Shown: one piece after another, positions 1 through 9,751 of the stretch | Layout: each line of letters opens with the position of its first letter | Numbering within the stretch: the first letter of the stretch is position 1 | Origin: Azospirillum brasilense | GTDB taxonomy: Bacteria; Pseudomonadota; Alphaproteobacteria; Rickettsiales; UBA3002 | DNA length: 64,000 nucleotides | NCBI GenBank assembly: GCA_003241645.1 | Contig: QFOX01000009.1 | Coordinates: forward strand, 2,534 to 66,533 | Reading direction: 5' to 3' | Notes under the pieces: generated by a model | What the model was told of the DNA's origin: nothing | What the model saw: only the letters and a program-made list of their open reading frames with translations | Database searches by the model: none | Position numbers and translations under genes: made by a program

Positions 1-40
1 TTCTGTCGCCATGCTTTTCGGATTCGACTATAGTGGCAGC

Positions 41-811
41 ATGAAACAGACTGCATTTTCGCTCGTTGAGCTTTCGATCGTTCTTGTCATTCTCGGCCTG
101 CTCACCGGCGGTATCCTGAGCGGACAGGCACTTATTACTTCCGCCCAATTGCGCGGCACCACTACCGAATACAGCAAGTGGGTCACCGTGGTGCAGACCT
201 TCCGCGACAAATATTTCGCCCTGCCCGGCGACATGGCGAATGCGCAAAGCTTCTGGGGCGTGGCGCATGCCACCCCGGCCACCTGCGTGACCACCGCCAG
301 CACCAGCCCGCTGACCTGCAATGGAGACGGTAACGGGCAGATCAATGTCAGCACCGGCTCCAACGAATCGTTCCGTTTCTGGCAACATCTGGCGAACGCA
401 GGGCTGATCGAAGGCACCTATACCGGGGTCGCGGCCACCGCCACGACCTGGGCACGCAGCACCGCCAATTCCCCCTCGGGCAAATTCTCGCCAAGCCTGT
501 GGTATACCAGCTATTGGGGTACGCGCGGGGCGGCCAGCAGCTACCCGCCCGCCACGTATGATAACGCCCTGTTCTTCGGGCTCTCGACAGGGGGCGATGA
601 GGGCGGCGATAAAGTTTACACGCCCGAGCAGGCATGGAACCTCGACACCAAGATGGATGACGGCATGGCCCTGACCGGCAAGATCATGCCGCGTTACTAC
701 CGCGACTGCACCACCGCCACCACCAGCGGCGCCACCGCCGACAAGACCAACACCTACGTGCTAAGCAAGACCACCGTGGAATGTGCGCCGGTCTTCATGC
801 AGGCGTTCTAA
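41..811 (+). CDS. Prepilin-like protein with type IV pilin/pseudopilin N-terminal cleavage-methylation motif (paralog 1 of 5)
   Basis: ORF 11..811. The internal ATG at 41 gives a short leader MKQTA followed by FSLVELSIVLVILGLLTGGIL (F+1, E+5, hydrophobic helix). It shares blocks FRDKYFALPGDM, C-x13-C-NGDGNG, WQHLANAGLIEGTYTG, EQAWNLDTKMDDG and a C-terminal Cys pair with 41697..42482, 46292..47062, 47096..47842 and 47893..48687. Confidence 0.8.
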   Translation: MKQTAFSLVELSIVLVILGLLTGGILSGQALITSAQLRGTTTEYSKWVTVVQTFRDKYFALPGDMANAQSFWGVAHATPATCVTTASTSPLTCNGDGNGQINVSTGSNESFRFWQHLANAGLIEGTYTGVAATATTWARSTANSPSGKFSPSLWYTSYWGTRGAASSYPPATYDNALFFGLSTGGDEGGDKVYTPEQAWNLDTKMDDGMALTGKIMPRYYRDCTTATTSGATADKTNTYVLSKTTVECAPVFMQAF

Positions 812-812
812 C

Positions 813-842
813 AAAAAAGGGCACCCCGAGGGGTGCCCTTTT
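813..842. terminator. Bidirectional Rho-independent terminator between the prepilin-like gene (+) and ndk (-)
   Basis: aaaaaa-gggcacc-ccgag-ggtgccc-tttt. A GC stem is flanked by an A-run on one side and a T-run on the other, between convergent stop codons. Confidence 0.6.
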
Positions 843-862
843 GCATTGCGTCGGATGACTGC

Positions 863-1285
863 TTACGCAGCGATTTCCTGCTCGCTGAAGAAGAAATCGA
901 TCTCGATCTTCGCGTTCTCAAGGCTGTCGGAGCCATGCACCGAGTTGCGCTCGATCGACTCGGCGAACATTTTGCGGATGGTGCCTTCGGCAGCGTTGGC
1001 CGGGTTGGTGGCGCCCATCAGGTCGCGGTTCTTGGCAACGGCGTTCTCGCCTTCGAGCACCTGCACCACAACCGGGCCGCTGATCATGTAGTCCACCAGC
1101 TCGCCGTAGAAGGGGCGATCCTTGTGCACGATGTAGAACTGCTCAGCCTGCTGGCGCGAAAGGCGCAGGCGGCGCTGGCCCACGATGCGCAGGCCGTTCT
1201 TTTCGAATACGGCGTTGATCGCACCGGTCAGGTTACGCTCGGTCGCGTCGGGCTTCAGGATGGAAAGGGTGCGTTCAATCGCCAT
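863..1285 (-). CDS. ndk: Nucleoside diphosphate kinase
   Basis: [43 protein letters not shown]...[20 protein letters not shown] is a typical NDK sequence. I chose the start at the internal ATG (cat at 1283-1285), which gives a ~140-aa protein. Confidence 0.93.
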   Translation of the reverse strand: MAIERTLSILKPDATERNLTGAINAVFEKNGLRIVGQRRLRLSRQQAEQFYIVHKDRPFYGELVDYMISGPVVVQVLEGENAVAKNRDLMGATNPANAAEGTIRKMFAESIERNSVHGSDSLENAKIEIDFFFSEQEIAA

Positions 1286-1448
1286 TGGGATACTCCTTGA
1301 TATGACATAAAAATTGGCGCCGCTATAGGCCATGGGCCGGCCAAGGGCAAGGAAATTATGCGGGGAAAACGCATCCAAACCATTTGTCAGGGCGGTGGCG
1401 GGGGGCTATCCCTATGCATAATAAAAACAACATCAGGATTTCGGCACG

Positions 1449-2282
1449 ATGCGTGGATTCGTCACTGCGTTGCTTTCCCTTTTGGCCCTGACCGCCTGCG
1501 ACTCCACCGCGTCGCTGCAGGAATTGCGGCATGCGCAGCCCAGCGCCGACCCCTACCAGGCCGCGCTCGCCAGCCGTTATCAGGAGTTCGCCGAGGAGAA
1601 GGTCGCCGCCTATGATTGGTGGACCAGCAAATATTTCGCCGATAAGGGCCTGATGGCCGCCTATGGGCGCGACGTGCGCGCCGAGGACCCGGCCCAATGG
1701 TCCATTCCCACCACCATGCAGGACGAATTCGCCGAAGCCCGCAACCAGCTGATGCAGGCGGTGGAAGCCAGCCGCGACGAACAGCCCGCCGAAGCGGCGC
1801 AGGCCGTGGTGGCGTATGACCGCTGGGTGGAACTGCAGGACGACCAGTGGAACGAGCCGCGCATTGCCGATGCGCGCGACGATTTCTTCGCCGCGCTGGG
1901 TAGCCTGAAATCCACCGCCGCGCCGAAGGCGACCGGTAGCACACCGGTAGAGACCACCTCGACCGTGCTGTATTTCCCGTTCGATTCCACCGCACTGGAT
2001 GATCGCGCCAAGGCCGCCATCGGCGAGCTGGTGGGCTACCTGAAAGATGCGGGCAATGTCAGCATCAACATCAATGGCCATGCCGACCGCGCCGGGGCGG
2101 ATGCCTACAACCTCAGCCTGTCCGAACACCGGGCCAAACTGGTGATGGACGCGCTGGTGGCCGCCGGGGTGAATGCCGAGATCCTGCATTATTTCGCCTT
2201 CGGCGAGAGCGATCCCAAAACCCCGACCGACGATGGCGTGCGCGAGCCGTTGAACCGCCGCGTCGAGATCTTCATCGAGTAG
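1449..2282 (+). CDS. OmpA-family lipoprotein (C-terminal OmpA/MotB peptidoglycan-binding domain)
   Basis: Lipobox LLALTAC near the N-terminus. The C-terminus NINGHADRAGADAYNLSLSEHRAKLVMDALVAAGV...NRRVEIFIE is the OmpA-like domain signature. Confidence 0.8.
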   Translation: MRGFVTALLSLLALTACDSTASLQELRHAQPSADPYQAALASRYQEFAEEKVAAYDWWTSKYFADKGLMAAYGRDVRAEDPAQWSIPTTMQDEFAEARNQLMQAVEASRDEQPAEAAQAVVAYDRWVELQDDQWNEPRIADARDDFFAALGSLKSTAAPKATGSTPVETTSTVLYFPFDSTALDDRAKAAIGELVGYLKDAGNVSININGHADRAGADAYNLSLSEHRAKLVMDALVAAGVNAEILHYFAFGESDPKTPTDDGVREPLNRRVEIFIE

Positions 2283-2286
2283 CGGC

Positions 2287-3222
2287 GTGGAGCAGGCAGG
2301 CACCAGCGTGTTCGCGTTGTTCGCCGCCCGCATGGACGTTGCCACGCTGGCGCTCTGGGCCGCACTGCTGATCGGCTATTTCATTGGCCAGTTCCTGCCC
2401 GTGTTCCTGCTGGTGGAACAGGCGGGCAAACTCGCCGCCTATTTCGGGCGCAAGCTCAACCGCCACTCGCGCGACGTGGCGACGCGTGCATGGCGCGGCG
2501 TGGTGGTGCTGGGTTTCTTCGTGGTGCCCGCCATGCTGCTTGGGCTGCTGCTGGGCCGCGCCCTGCCCCACTGGGCCGAAGGCCTGCTGGTAGCGCTGCT
2601 GTTCACCAGCGCGCTGCGCAGCCACCGTATGCTGGCGCTGTGGCAGCAAGCACGTGCTAAGCAGCTGACCCTGCAAGCCAAAGGCCGCAAGCACCTGTTC
2701 AAGGACACGCACGGCGTGCTGCGTTTTGAAATTCTGGACCATGCCAATCACTTCGCCATTGGCATTCTGGGGGCGTGGCTATGGTACCTGCTGGGGGGGT
2801 TATGCCTGATGTTCGGCTACCTTGCGCTGGCCTTTGCATCCGCCGCCTACGCCACCGAGCATGAGGAGAACCGCGCCTTCGGCGGCGTCGCACGCAGCCT
2901 GTTCGCCATGCTGGATGCCGGGCCGCGCCTGCTGGCGGCCGGCCTGCTGCTGGTGGCCAGCCTGTTCGTGCCCGGCTGCAAGGCCGCCACTGCGGCGAAA
3001 TACTGGCCGCACGCGGCCGTGAAGTGGCACGCGTTCCTCGCGGCGCTGCTCAATATCTCCCTCGGCGGGCCCATGCCGCTCGCCCGCCGCACCCACCACA
3101 GCGAATGGGTGGGCGAAGGCAGCGCCCAGCTCACCAGCGCCGACCTGACCCGCTGGGTGCTGCTGTGGATGGTGGGGCTGCTGATCCTCGGCCTGACCGG
3201 GCTGGGCTGGATGATTCTTTAG
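2287..3222 (+). CDS. CobD/CbiB-family-like integral membrane protein
   Basis: Multi-TM protein. Its layout and C-terminal block NISLGGPMPLARRTHHSEWVGEG resemble the LGGPxxYxGxxxxxPxxG block of CobD/CbiB. This rests on motif-level resemblance only. Confidence 0.45.
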   Translation: MEQAGTSVFALFAARMDVATLALWAALLIGYFIGQFLPVFLLVEQAGKLAAYFGRKLNRHSRDVATRAWRGVVVLGFFVVPAMLLGLLLGRALPHWAEGLLVALLFTSALRSHRMLALWQQARAKQLTLQAKGRKHLFKDTHGVLRFEILDHANHFAIGILGAWLWYLLGGLCLMFGYLALAFASAAYATEHEENRAFGGVARSLFAMLDAGPRLLAAGLLLVASLFVPGCKAATAAKYWPHAAVKWHAFLAALLNISLGGPMPLARRTHHSEWVGEGSAQLTSADLTRWVLLWMVGLLILGLTGLGWMIL

Positions 3223-3337
3223 TAAGTCATTGATATTCATCGATTGCAAGGTCTGCGCGTGGCGCATGGCTCACGGACGGTGCCATGATGCTGTCACGCA
3301 ATCTTCACGGGTGGAAATGACGCATTTCCCGTAGGAT

Positions 3338-4717
3338 GTGAGCATGGAATTGCCCACACAGCCCGTGCGCGACGATCAAACCGCGCCCAGCACGCCTGCC
3401 ATGCCGCCGCATGCGCAGCCCATGGGCGCGCCCAGCGCCGCGGGCCCGTTCGAGCAGTCGGTGGGGCGCGCACTGAGCGCATCCGCCCCGCCCATCGTGC
3501 CGCACACGCAGACCGAATCCACACTGGCCCCCACGGCGGAATTCACCCGCATCTTCCTGCTGGCATGGATCATTCGCTACATCTTCCGCGGCGGTGCCGG
3601 TGCTACGTTCGAGAAAACGCTGGAGCAAGGCGGCGTGCGCGCCAAGATCCTCAACGCGCTCAGCGTGCCGGGTCGCGCCATCGAAAAATGGATCGGCGGC
3701 GGCACCCCGAAAGTGGGCTGGCAGCTGCCCGAGCTTGAGGCCGCGGCCTACAGCACGGCGATCGGCGTCGGCTCCGGCGCGCTCAGCTGGCAATATAGCC
3801 GCATGGTAAAACGCGACATCCAGAACCTGTTCAGCGAAAGCGTGGCCGAAGAAAAAGGCATTCCGCAGGCGCAAGTCACGTTCGATGATATCAGCACCAG
3901 CGATAACAAGATCATCCAGCGCACGGTCGAGAATTACAGCAAAAAGAAATGGAGTCGCCTTGGCTCCGATGCGCTTTTCCTTGTGGCGGCCCCGCTGCGC
4001 TCCGGCCACGTCACCGACCTACTGCTGGGCGTCAAAGGCATCGAGATCTTCGCCGATACATGGAAACGTAAGACCACCATGTTCGAAGATTTGGTGACCT
4101 TCGTGAACAACAAGATCAACCCGCGCAACGGGCTTGGCCAGCCGGTCAGCCAGGGCGAGATCTTCGACCTGTACCAGCATTATGCGGAAGCGTTCGCGCC
4201 GCAGAAAATGTTTAACAACGTGCTGAGCAAGAACGCCAGCGGGCGGTGGGCGCAGAGCCAGCCCATCTTCCAGCGCATCACCGACCTGATGAACGAAACC
4301 TATGCGTACAAGCACACCACCCCGGCCGATTACAACGCCGCAAAACGCAGCGGCTCAGATTTCCCACTGCCGAAGCTGATCTACATGCTCGGCCACGACA
4401 TGATCGATGCCGACCGCCCCGAGCGCACGCTAGCGCTGGTCGAGATCATGAATGCCAAGGGCGGTGCTGCCGTGCGGCAGGCATTGGCACAGCTCGACGC
4501 GGGCGCCGACCCCAAAACCGTGCTCAACGACTATGGGCTAAGCCTGCAGGCGCCGAAGCAACCCGAAAAACTCGATAATCCGAACGGGGTGCTGCCCAAA
4601 GGCTCGACCATGCAGCTGGAGCGCACCGAAGCGGCCCTTCCCAGCACGCAGGTGGATGCGTCCAGCATTTCACAAGCGCAGGCGCTCACCGGCCGCCACC
4701 AGCAGGCGCTGGTCTAG
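3338..4717 (+). CDS. Hypothetical protein (459 aa), with a Pro/Ala-rich N-terminus and no recognisable domain
   Basis: Long ORF with coding-like composition. It is convergent with the Tad-like cassette (stops 3 nt apart). I recognise no family motif. Confidence 0.6.
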   Translation: MSMELPTQPVRDDQTAPSTPAMPPHAQPMGAPSAAGPFEQSVGRALSASAPPIVPHTQTESTLAPTAEFTRIFLLAWIIRYIFRGGAGATFEKTLEQGGVRAKILNALSVPGRAIEKWIGGGTPKVGWQLPELEAAAYSTAIGVGSGALSWQYSRMVKRDIQNLFSESVAEEKGIPQAQVTFDDISTSDNKIIQRTVENYSKKKWSRLGSDALFLVAAPLRSGHVTDLLLGVKGIEIFADTWKRKTTMFEDLVTFVNNKINPRNGLGQPVSQGEIFDLYQHYAEAFAPQKMFNNVLSKNASGRWAQSQPIFQRITDLMNETYAYKHTTPADYNAAKRSGSDFPLPKLIYMLGHDMIDADRPERTLALVEIMNAKGGAAVRQALAQLDAGADPKTVLNDYGLSLQAPKQPEKLDNPNGVLPKGSTMQLERTEAALPSTQVDASSISQAQALTGRHQQALV

Positions 4718-4720
4718 CCG

Positions 4721-5770
4721 CTACTCGGCGATACGCACTTTCTTGATGCCCGCCACGATGGTCTGGAACACGTGCTGCAAATCATCTTCGGTGTAGGCAC
4801 GGAAGAAGTATTTTCCCTCGTTGGTCTTGGCATCACCGCTGGCACAGCCTTGCAACAGGGCGGCGGCCTTCTTGTCCTTGTTCACGTCATTGCCAAGCGC
4901 AATGGTGAACACCATGTAGACGGGCGATTGTTCTTTGAAGAACTTACAATCCGCCAGCGTCGCTTCATCGGCCTTCGCGCGGGTCGATGGCGCGGCCGGG
5001 TTGTTCGAGCCATCGGTCAGCAGCACGATCGCACGCACCGAATCGGTGCGGAATTGCGGCATCATCAGCCGCGCACGTTCGGTGCCTTTCGAGCTGTCCG
5101 TACCGCCCACGGCCTTCAGTCCGTTGATGAAGGTGGTGACGGTGGGTTTATTGTTCGTCAGGTTCTGCACGCCGATCACCTTCGTGTCCCATTTCACCAG
5201 GCCGATCTTGTTCTGCGCAGCGCCCTTACCATCCAGCAAGGCATTGTTGAAAATGGTCGCCGCACTTTTCATGGCATCCAGCCGGGTCATGCCACCGCCT
5301 GCATCGGCCACGCTCATGGAGCCGGAATTATCGAACAGCAGCAATACGTCGTTTTTGATCTCGGTCACCTGCGCGATCACACTGACCACCGACGCGCCCT
5401 CGGCATCCAGCTGGTCCACGCCAATGTTGCTCACGAAATACGACGGCACGGATGCCGTGGCCGACACGCTGATGGTCGCGCCCACTTTGATCACCGGGGT
5501 CGGGCGGGCAATGCCCAGATAGCCGTCGGGATAGTTCAGGTTGAAGTAGCGTTGCGCCGCCGCGCTGCGCTGGCTGCTGGTGGTGCCGGTGGGCAACGAG
5601 GCCGCGGCGAGTGCCGCCGCGTCGGATGCCTGCTGCACTTTGGCGCGCACCAGTTGCTGGCGCCCGAAATCCACCGCCGAGCCACCGGCCGCGAACAGCA
5701 CCAGGATACTCAGGCCGGTCATGATGAGAACGTTACCGCCCTCGTTCTTCCGGAATGTGCGCAGGAACAT
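4721..5770 (-). CDS. TadG-like pseudopilin with von Willebrand factor A domain (cassette 2)
   Basis: The N-terminus RKNEGGNVLIMTGLSILVLFAAGGSAVDFGRQQLVRAKVQQASDAAALAAA matches the TadG/TadE-like N-terminal helix. MIDAS-type DNSGS lies in LLLFDNSGSM. It is a paralog of 7210..8424. Confidence 0.8.
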   Translation of the reverse strand: MFLRTFRKNEGGNVLIMTGLSILVLFAAGGSAVDFGRQQLVRAKVQQASDAAALAAASLPTGTTSSQRSAAAQRYFNLNYPDGYLGIARPTPVIKVGATISVSATASVPSYFVSNIGVDQLDAEGASVVSVIAQVTEIKNDVLLLFDNSGSMSVADAGGGMTRLDAMKSAATIFNNALLDGKGAAQNKIGLVKWDTKVIGVQNLTNNKPTVTTFINGLKAVGGTDSSKGTERARLMMPQFRTDSVRAIVLLTDGSNNPAAPSTRAKADEATLADCKFFKEQSPVYMVFTIALGNDVNKDKKAAALLQGCASGDAKTNEGKYFFRAYTEDDLQHVFQTIVAGIKKVRIAE

Positions 5771-5782
5771 GGTCGTTCTCCG

Positions 5783-6460
5783 TTAACAGCTGGCGTCGGT
5801 GAAATTATCGGGCAGGCAGGTAAGGCTTTCGTAGCGCGGCACGAAATACATGCGGCGCGCAAGGGTGACCGGCGGAATGCTAAGCCCCTGCGGCAGGTTC
5901 GAGAGAATATCCTGCAGGAACGGCTCGTAATGGTAGAACATCTCCCCCACCACGATGTTCTCGCCCTCCATCATGCCGGCAATATCGCCCGCCACGGGGG
6001 TAAAGGTCGCGGTGGTGTTGATGACGGTCGGGTTCACCTGCGCGGGCGTGCGCCCGTTCACCACGCTGCGGCTATCACCATCGTTCAGGCTACCGCCTCC
6101 GGCGATCTGCCATTTCACGCGGTTGATACCGGATTCGCGGCGCACGGAGCTGAGAATGATCGCCTGCCGGGTTTCATCGGAATAGACGCCCATAATGCGC
6201 GAGAACTGCGGCAGCACCGCCGTGCGCAGCACCGTTTCGCTGATCTCTGCGGATTCGCGCTTCGGCGTGGCGGGCATGAACTGCGCGGTCACGTCGGTGA
6301 TGGCATAGGCCGCGCGGTCAAGCCGTTGGGCAATGAGGATGAAGCGCGTCAGCTCGGCCCCGCCGAGGAAAATGAGCAGCAGGAACGGCATCACCAACGC
6401 GAATTCCAGCAAGGCCAAACCCTGCTGGTCGCGCATGAACTGCCGGGGCATAAGCCGCAT
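5783..6460 (-). CDS. TadE/TadF-like pseudopilin (cassette 2, second gene)
   Basis: MRDQQGLALLEFALVMPFLLLIFLGGAELTRF is a TadE-like N-terminal motif. The start ATG at 6460 overlaps the upstream stop by 1 nt (TGATG). It is a paralog of 8424..9110. Confidence 0.75.
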   Translation of the reverse strand: MRLMPRQFMRDQQGLALLEFALVMPFLLLIFLGGAELTRFILIAQRLDRAAYAITDVTAQFMPATPKRESAEISETVLRTAVLPQFSRIMGVYSDETRQAIILSSVRRESGINRVKWQIAGGGSLNDGDSRSVVNGRTPAQVNPTVINTTATFTPVAGDIAGMMEGENIVVGEMFYHYEPFLQDILSNLPQGLSIPPVTLARRMYFVPRYESLTCLPDNFTDASC

Positions 6461-7065
6461 CAGAAGGGCTCGTTTCGAATGATGGTCGAAGCGGTGATCA
6501 TCGCCACGCCCGTGGTGCCACCTTTTTTGTCGTCGCTGCCAAAGAACTGGCCAATATAGGGCGTCACCAGCGCCTTCCACGGGTAGACCACGCGCACTTC
6601 CACCAGCGTGCTGGCATCGCCAAGGTCATCGGCCGCGGCCAGCCCCTCATAGGTCCCGTTGCCGTTCACATCCTCATACGAGGTGCAGGTGATGGGCTTG
6701 CTCGTATATTTGCCGCCGTCCATGCAAATGTCCGGCTCGATCGTGCCGCCCTTGGCCAGCGTGTTGATCTCGACTTCCGTGCCGCCGCCGCGCACCAGCG
6801 ATTTCGATTTATCCTTCACGTAGCATTCCATGTATTCGACGCGGGTTTTGGTGCTGGCGCAGTTGCCGCCCATGGTCTTGCCGAGGCTGGATTCGCGCGC
6901 CGCCTGCAAGGTGATGGCCTCGACCGCGATCTTGTGGAACATGAACAGGCCGAATTCCATGATGCCAAGGAAAAGCATGAAGAAAATGGGCGCAACGATG
7001 GCGAATTCGACGATGCTGGCACCGCCTTCGTCATGCAGAAATCGCTGTAGGAATGCCCGGCTCAT
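6460..7065 (-). CDS. TadE-like pseudopilin (cassette 2, first gene)
   Basis: FLHDEGGASIVEFAIVAPIFFMLFLGIMEFGLFMFHKIAVEAITLQAARESSLG. It is a paralog of 9110..9733. SD caggag lies upstream of the ATG. Confidence 0.78.
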   Translation of the reverse strand: MSRAFLQRFLHDEGGASIVEFAIVAPIFFMLFLGIMEFGLFMFHKIAVEAITLQAARESSLGKTMGGNCASTKTRVEYMECYVKDKSKSLVRGGGTEVEINTLAKGGTIEPDICMDGGKYTSKPITCTSYEDVNGNGTYEGLAAADDLGDASTLVEVRVVYPWKALVTPYIGQFFGSDDKKGGTTGVAMITASTIIRNEPF

Positions 7066-7083
7066 TCGTTCTCCTGAGCTTCC

Positions 7084-7092
7084 AGCATAGCA
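7084..7092 (-). promoter_or_regulatory. Possible extended -10 element (TGcTATGCT) upstream of cassette 2
   Basis: Minus-strand reading gaaaaagttaacacttcgctgcTATGCTgg aligns with the equivalent region upstream of cassette 1 (gaaaaagttaaaattttggTATAATgc). There is no experimental support. Confidence 0.3.
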
Positions 7093-7149
7093 GCGAAGTG
7101 TTAACTTTTTCTAAAATGCGGCGGATTCTTTTGAACGGCGCAGGGCCCT

Positions 7150-7186
7150 AAAACAAAGCGGGCCGGGCGTTTTCAGCGCCCAGCCC
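7150..7186 (-). terminator. Rho-independent terminator after the TadG-like gene of cassette 1
   Basis: Minus-strand gggctgggcg-ctgaaaa-cgcccggccc followed by gctttgtttt, about 25 nt after the stop at 7210. Confidence 0.6.
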
Positions 7187-7209
7187 GTAATGGTCACGAA
7201 AGCATCTGC

Positions 7210-8424
7210 TTATTCAGCGATGCGCACTTTGCGAATGGTCTCCGCGAACGCGGTGAGGATCTTTTTCAGCTCCGTCGCGTTGGGGGCATAGAAGTAGCGG
7301 GCGTTGCCCTTCTCATCCACCGAGGCGCATTGGCGCAGGGCAGCTTCATCCGACGGGCTGGTGGAAACGAAGTTCACGACATATAGCGTTACGCCAGCAT
7401 TTTTGATCTTGGTGCATTCCGCGTTGAAGACGGCTGCGTTGCCTGAGGATACATCGGTATACGAAGGCGAGGGATCCGGTTCACGCATGATCTGCCCATC
7501 ACCCAGCAGGATCATGTTTTTCACCGTGCTGTAGGTTCTGCCATCCGAACGTGAAGTAGCTGGTGTGCCCACGGCGTCGTTCTGTTGCGCAGCATAGTAA
7601 TTGATCTGGCGGGCCGTTTTGCTTGGGCGGCTGTAGATATAGTTGGCCCAGTTAGTCTGGTTACAGACGATTGCCGGACCGACATAGCCCGTGGTTTTCG
7701 TTCCCGTGATCATATTATAGCCTGCGGTAAGGCCCCAATGGTCGAAGTTCTGGCAACGGCCCTGCAACGCGCTCACATACCCTTTGGCGTTTGCTTTGTT
7801 GGAAGTCAGCGGGCCATGGGTGGTAATGCTGCCAGTATAGCCGATCACGCCCACACGCACATCCGCATTTGCATTAGCGGGATAGATACTCTCAAGCATC
7901 AGGTCGAGGGCTTCTTTCTCGCAGTCCATGCGCGTTCTGCCGCGCCCACAGCCACCGTCGGTCGCCAGTGTCGAGCCCGATTCATCCACCACCACAACCA
8001 CGTCATAGTCCGTTTTGGCACCGGCTTGCGTGGATACGCGCGTCCGCCCACCCGCTTCCAGTGAGGCCACGCCCACGTTGGAAATGAAGTTCGCGCCCAC
8101 ATTGCTGTTGGCCGACACCGTCACATCCGCACCGATATTGATGCTGGGCGTGGGGCGGGCAACACCAAGGTAATCCGACGGGTAATTCAGTTCGTAATAG
8201 CGGTTTGCCACCGCCGTGCGTTCGGCCACGGTTGCGCCAGCCGGCAACGATGCCGCCGCGATGGCCGCCGCATCGGTCGCCTGTTGCAGTTTCGAGCGCA
8301 CCAGTTGCTGGCGCCCGAAATCCACCGCGGCACCACCCGCCGCAAACAGGATGATGATGCCAAGGCCGGTCAGCATCAGCACGTTACCACGTTCATTCCG
8401 GAAGAAGCGATGAAGCATATGCAT
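7210..8424 (-). CDS. TadG-like pseudopilin with von Willebrand factor A domain (cassette 1)
   Basis: FFRNERGNVLMLTGLGIIILFAAGGAAVDFGRQQLVRSKLQQATDAAAIAAA. MIDAS DESGS lies in VVVVVDESGST. The C-terminus ...KILTAFAETIRKVRIAE parallels ...TIVAGIKKVRIAE of cassette 2. I chose the ATG at 8424, which overlaps the upstream stop (TAATG). A GTG at 8433 is an alternative start. Confidence 0.8.
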   Translation of the reverse strand: MHMLHRFFRNERGNVLMLTGLGIIILFAAGGAAVDFGRQQLVRSKLQQATDAAAIAAASLPAGATVAERTAVANRYYELNYPSDYLGVARPTPSINIGADVTVSANSNVGANFISNVGVASLEAGGRTRVSTQAGAKTDYDVVVVVDESGSTLATDGGCGRGRTRMDCEKEALDLMLESIYPANANADVRVGVIGYTGSITTHGPLTSNKANAKGYVSALQGRCQNFDHWGLTAGYNMITGTKTTGYVGPAIVCNQTNWANYIYSRPSKTARQINYYAAQQNDAVGTPATSRSDGRTYSTVKNMILLGDGQIMREPDPSPSYTDVSSGNAAVFNAECTKIKNAGVTLYVVNFVSTSPSDEAALRQCASVDEKGNARYFYAPNATELKKILTAFAETIRKVRIAE

Positions 8425-9110
8425 TACGGACACTCACTGTAGGTGAAAGCAGGGGGCAGGCAGATGAGCGGCTCGCCGCGGGGGCTGACGAACACGCTAC
8501 GGTAAAGCTGGGCGGCCGGAATGTTCAGGCCGAGCCCGGTCAGCACGCCCGCAAGGAACGGCTGGTAGTTGTAGAAAATTTCGCCGATGATGATGTTCTC
8601 GCCATCATACATGCCCGCGATGAGCCCGGCTTTTTCACCGCCGAACGTCACGGGGCTATTCTTCGCGGCGGGATTCGGCGGCCGGAACGGGCCGAAGCCG
8701 TTCACTTCACTGAGCACGCCGCCCAGCGACCCACCACCGCCCAGCTGCCATTTCACGCGCGTCTGCGCGCCTTCACGGCGGATGGAGGTGAGAATGCCCA
8801 CCACGCGTGGGTTCGCGGCACCACCCGTGTAGGGATCGATGATGCGCGGCACATTGGAGAAGACGTTATCGGTAAGTTCATATTCATGCAGCTCGCCCGC
8901 TTTCGGCGCAGACGTCGTCGCGCGCGGGTATTGCGCGGTCATGTTGGTGATGACGTAGGCGGCCTGCTCCAGCTTCTGGCTGATGACGATGTAACGCGCC
9001 AGTTCCGCCCCGCCGAGGAAGATCACCAGCAGGAATGGCAGCACGAAGGCGAACTCCAGCAGCGCGACGCCGCGGGTATTTCGAACGAACTGTGTAAAGA
9101 ATACGGTCAT
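8424..9110 (-). CDS. TadE/TadF-like pseudopilin (cassette 1, second gene)
   Basis: RNTRGVALLEFAFVLPFLLVIFLGGAELARYIV. The C-terminal half aligns with 5783..6460 (GENI[IV][IV]GE[IM]FY[NH]YQPFL ... ICLP). Confidence 0.75.
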   Translation of the reverse strand: MTVFFTQFVRNTRGVALLEFAFVLPFLLVIFLGGAELARYIVISQKLEQAAYVITNMTAQYPRATTSAPKAGELHEYELTDNVFSNVPRIIDPYTGGAANPRVVGILTSIRREGAQTRVKWQLGGGGSLGGVLSEVNGFGPFRPPNPAAKNSPVTFGGEKAGLIAGMYDGENIIIGEIFYNYQPFLAGVLTGLGLNIPAAQLYRSVFVSPRGEPLICLPPAFTYSECP

Positions 9111-9733
9111 TAGAAGGGCTCGTTCTTGAAGACGGTGCGGGCACTGATCATCACCACCCCGGTAGTGCCACCCTTACCGTCGGCACTCCCGAAATATTGG
9201 GCGAGGTAGGGAATCAGAACTTTCCATGGGTAGATCACGCGCACTTCCACCACGTCACCCGCGTTACCCACGGCTGCGGCGGCCGATGCGCCCTGATAGC
9301 CGGTGGCGCCATTGACTTCCTCGAACGGGCCCACATTGCCGGGGCCGCACACGGCCGGAGCAGAGCTAGGCTTTTGCGGATCGAACAAGCAAATATCCGG
9401 CAGGAAGGTGCCGCCATTGGCCAGCGTGTTGATCTGCACGATCGTATCGTCGCCACGAATGAGCGATTTGGATTTCTGCTGCACCACGCAGCGCATGTAG
9501 GACGCGCGGTCGGCCGTGCCGGCGCACGGGCCCGCGCTGTTGGACTTGCCAAGGCTGGATTCGCGCGCCGCCTGCATGGTGATCGCCTCCACCGCAATGC
9601 GGTGGAACATGTACAGCCCGAATTCAAGAATACCGAGGAACAGCAGGAAGAACACAGGGGCAACGAACGCGAACTCAATAATGTTCGCGCCGCGCTCATC
9701 GTTCAGAAAGCGTTGGAAGAATTGCTTGCTCAC
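9110..9733 (-). CDS. TadE-like pseudopilin (cassette 1, first gene)
   Basis: FFQRFLNDERGANIIEFAFVAPVFFLLFLGILEFGLYMFHRIAVEAITMQAARESSLG. I chose the GTG start at 9733, which is preceded by the SD aagaggaa. The longer ORF to 9868 would overlap rodA. Confidence 0.75.
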   Translation of the reverse strand: MSKQFFQRFLNDERGANIIEFAFVAPVFFLLFLGILEFGLYMFHRIAVEAITMQAARESSLGKSNSAGPCAGTADRASYMRCVVQQKSKSLIRGDDTIVQINTLANGGTFLPDICLFDPQKPSSAPAVCGPGNVGPFEEVNGATGYQGASAAAAVGNAGDVVEVRVIYPWKVLIPYLAQYFGSADGKGGTTGVVMISARTVFKNEPF

Positions 9734-9751
9734 CGGTTCCTCTTTCGTAGC

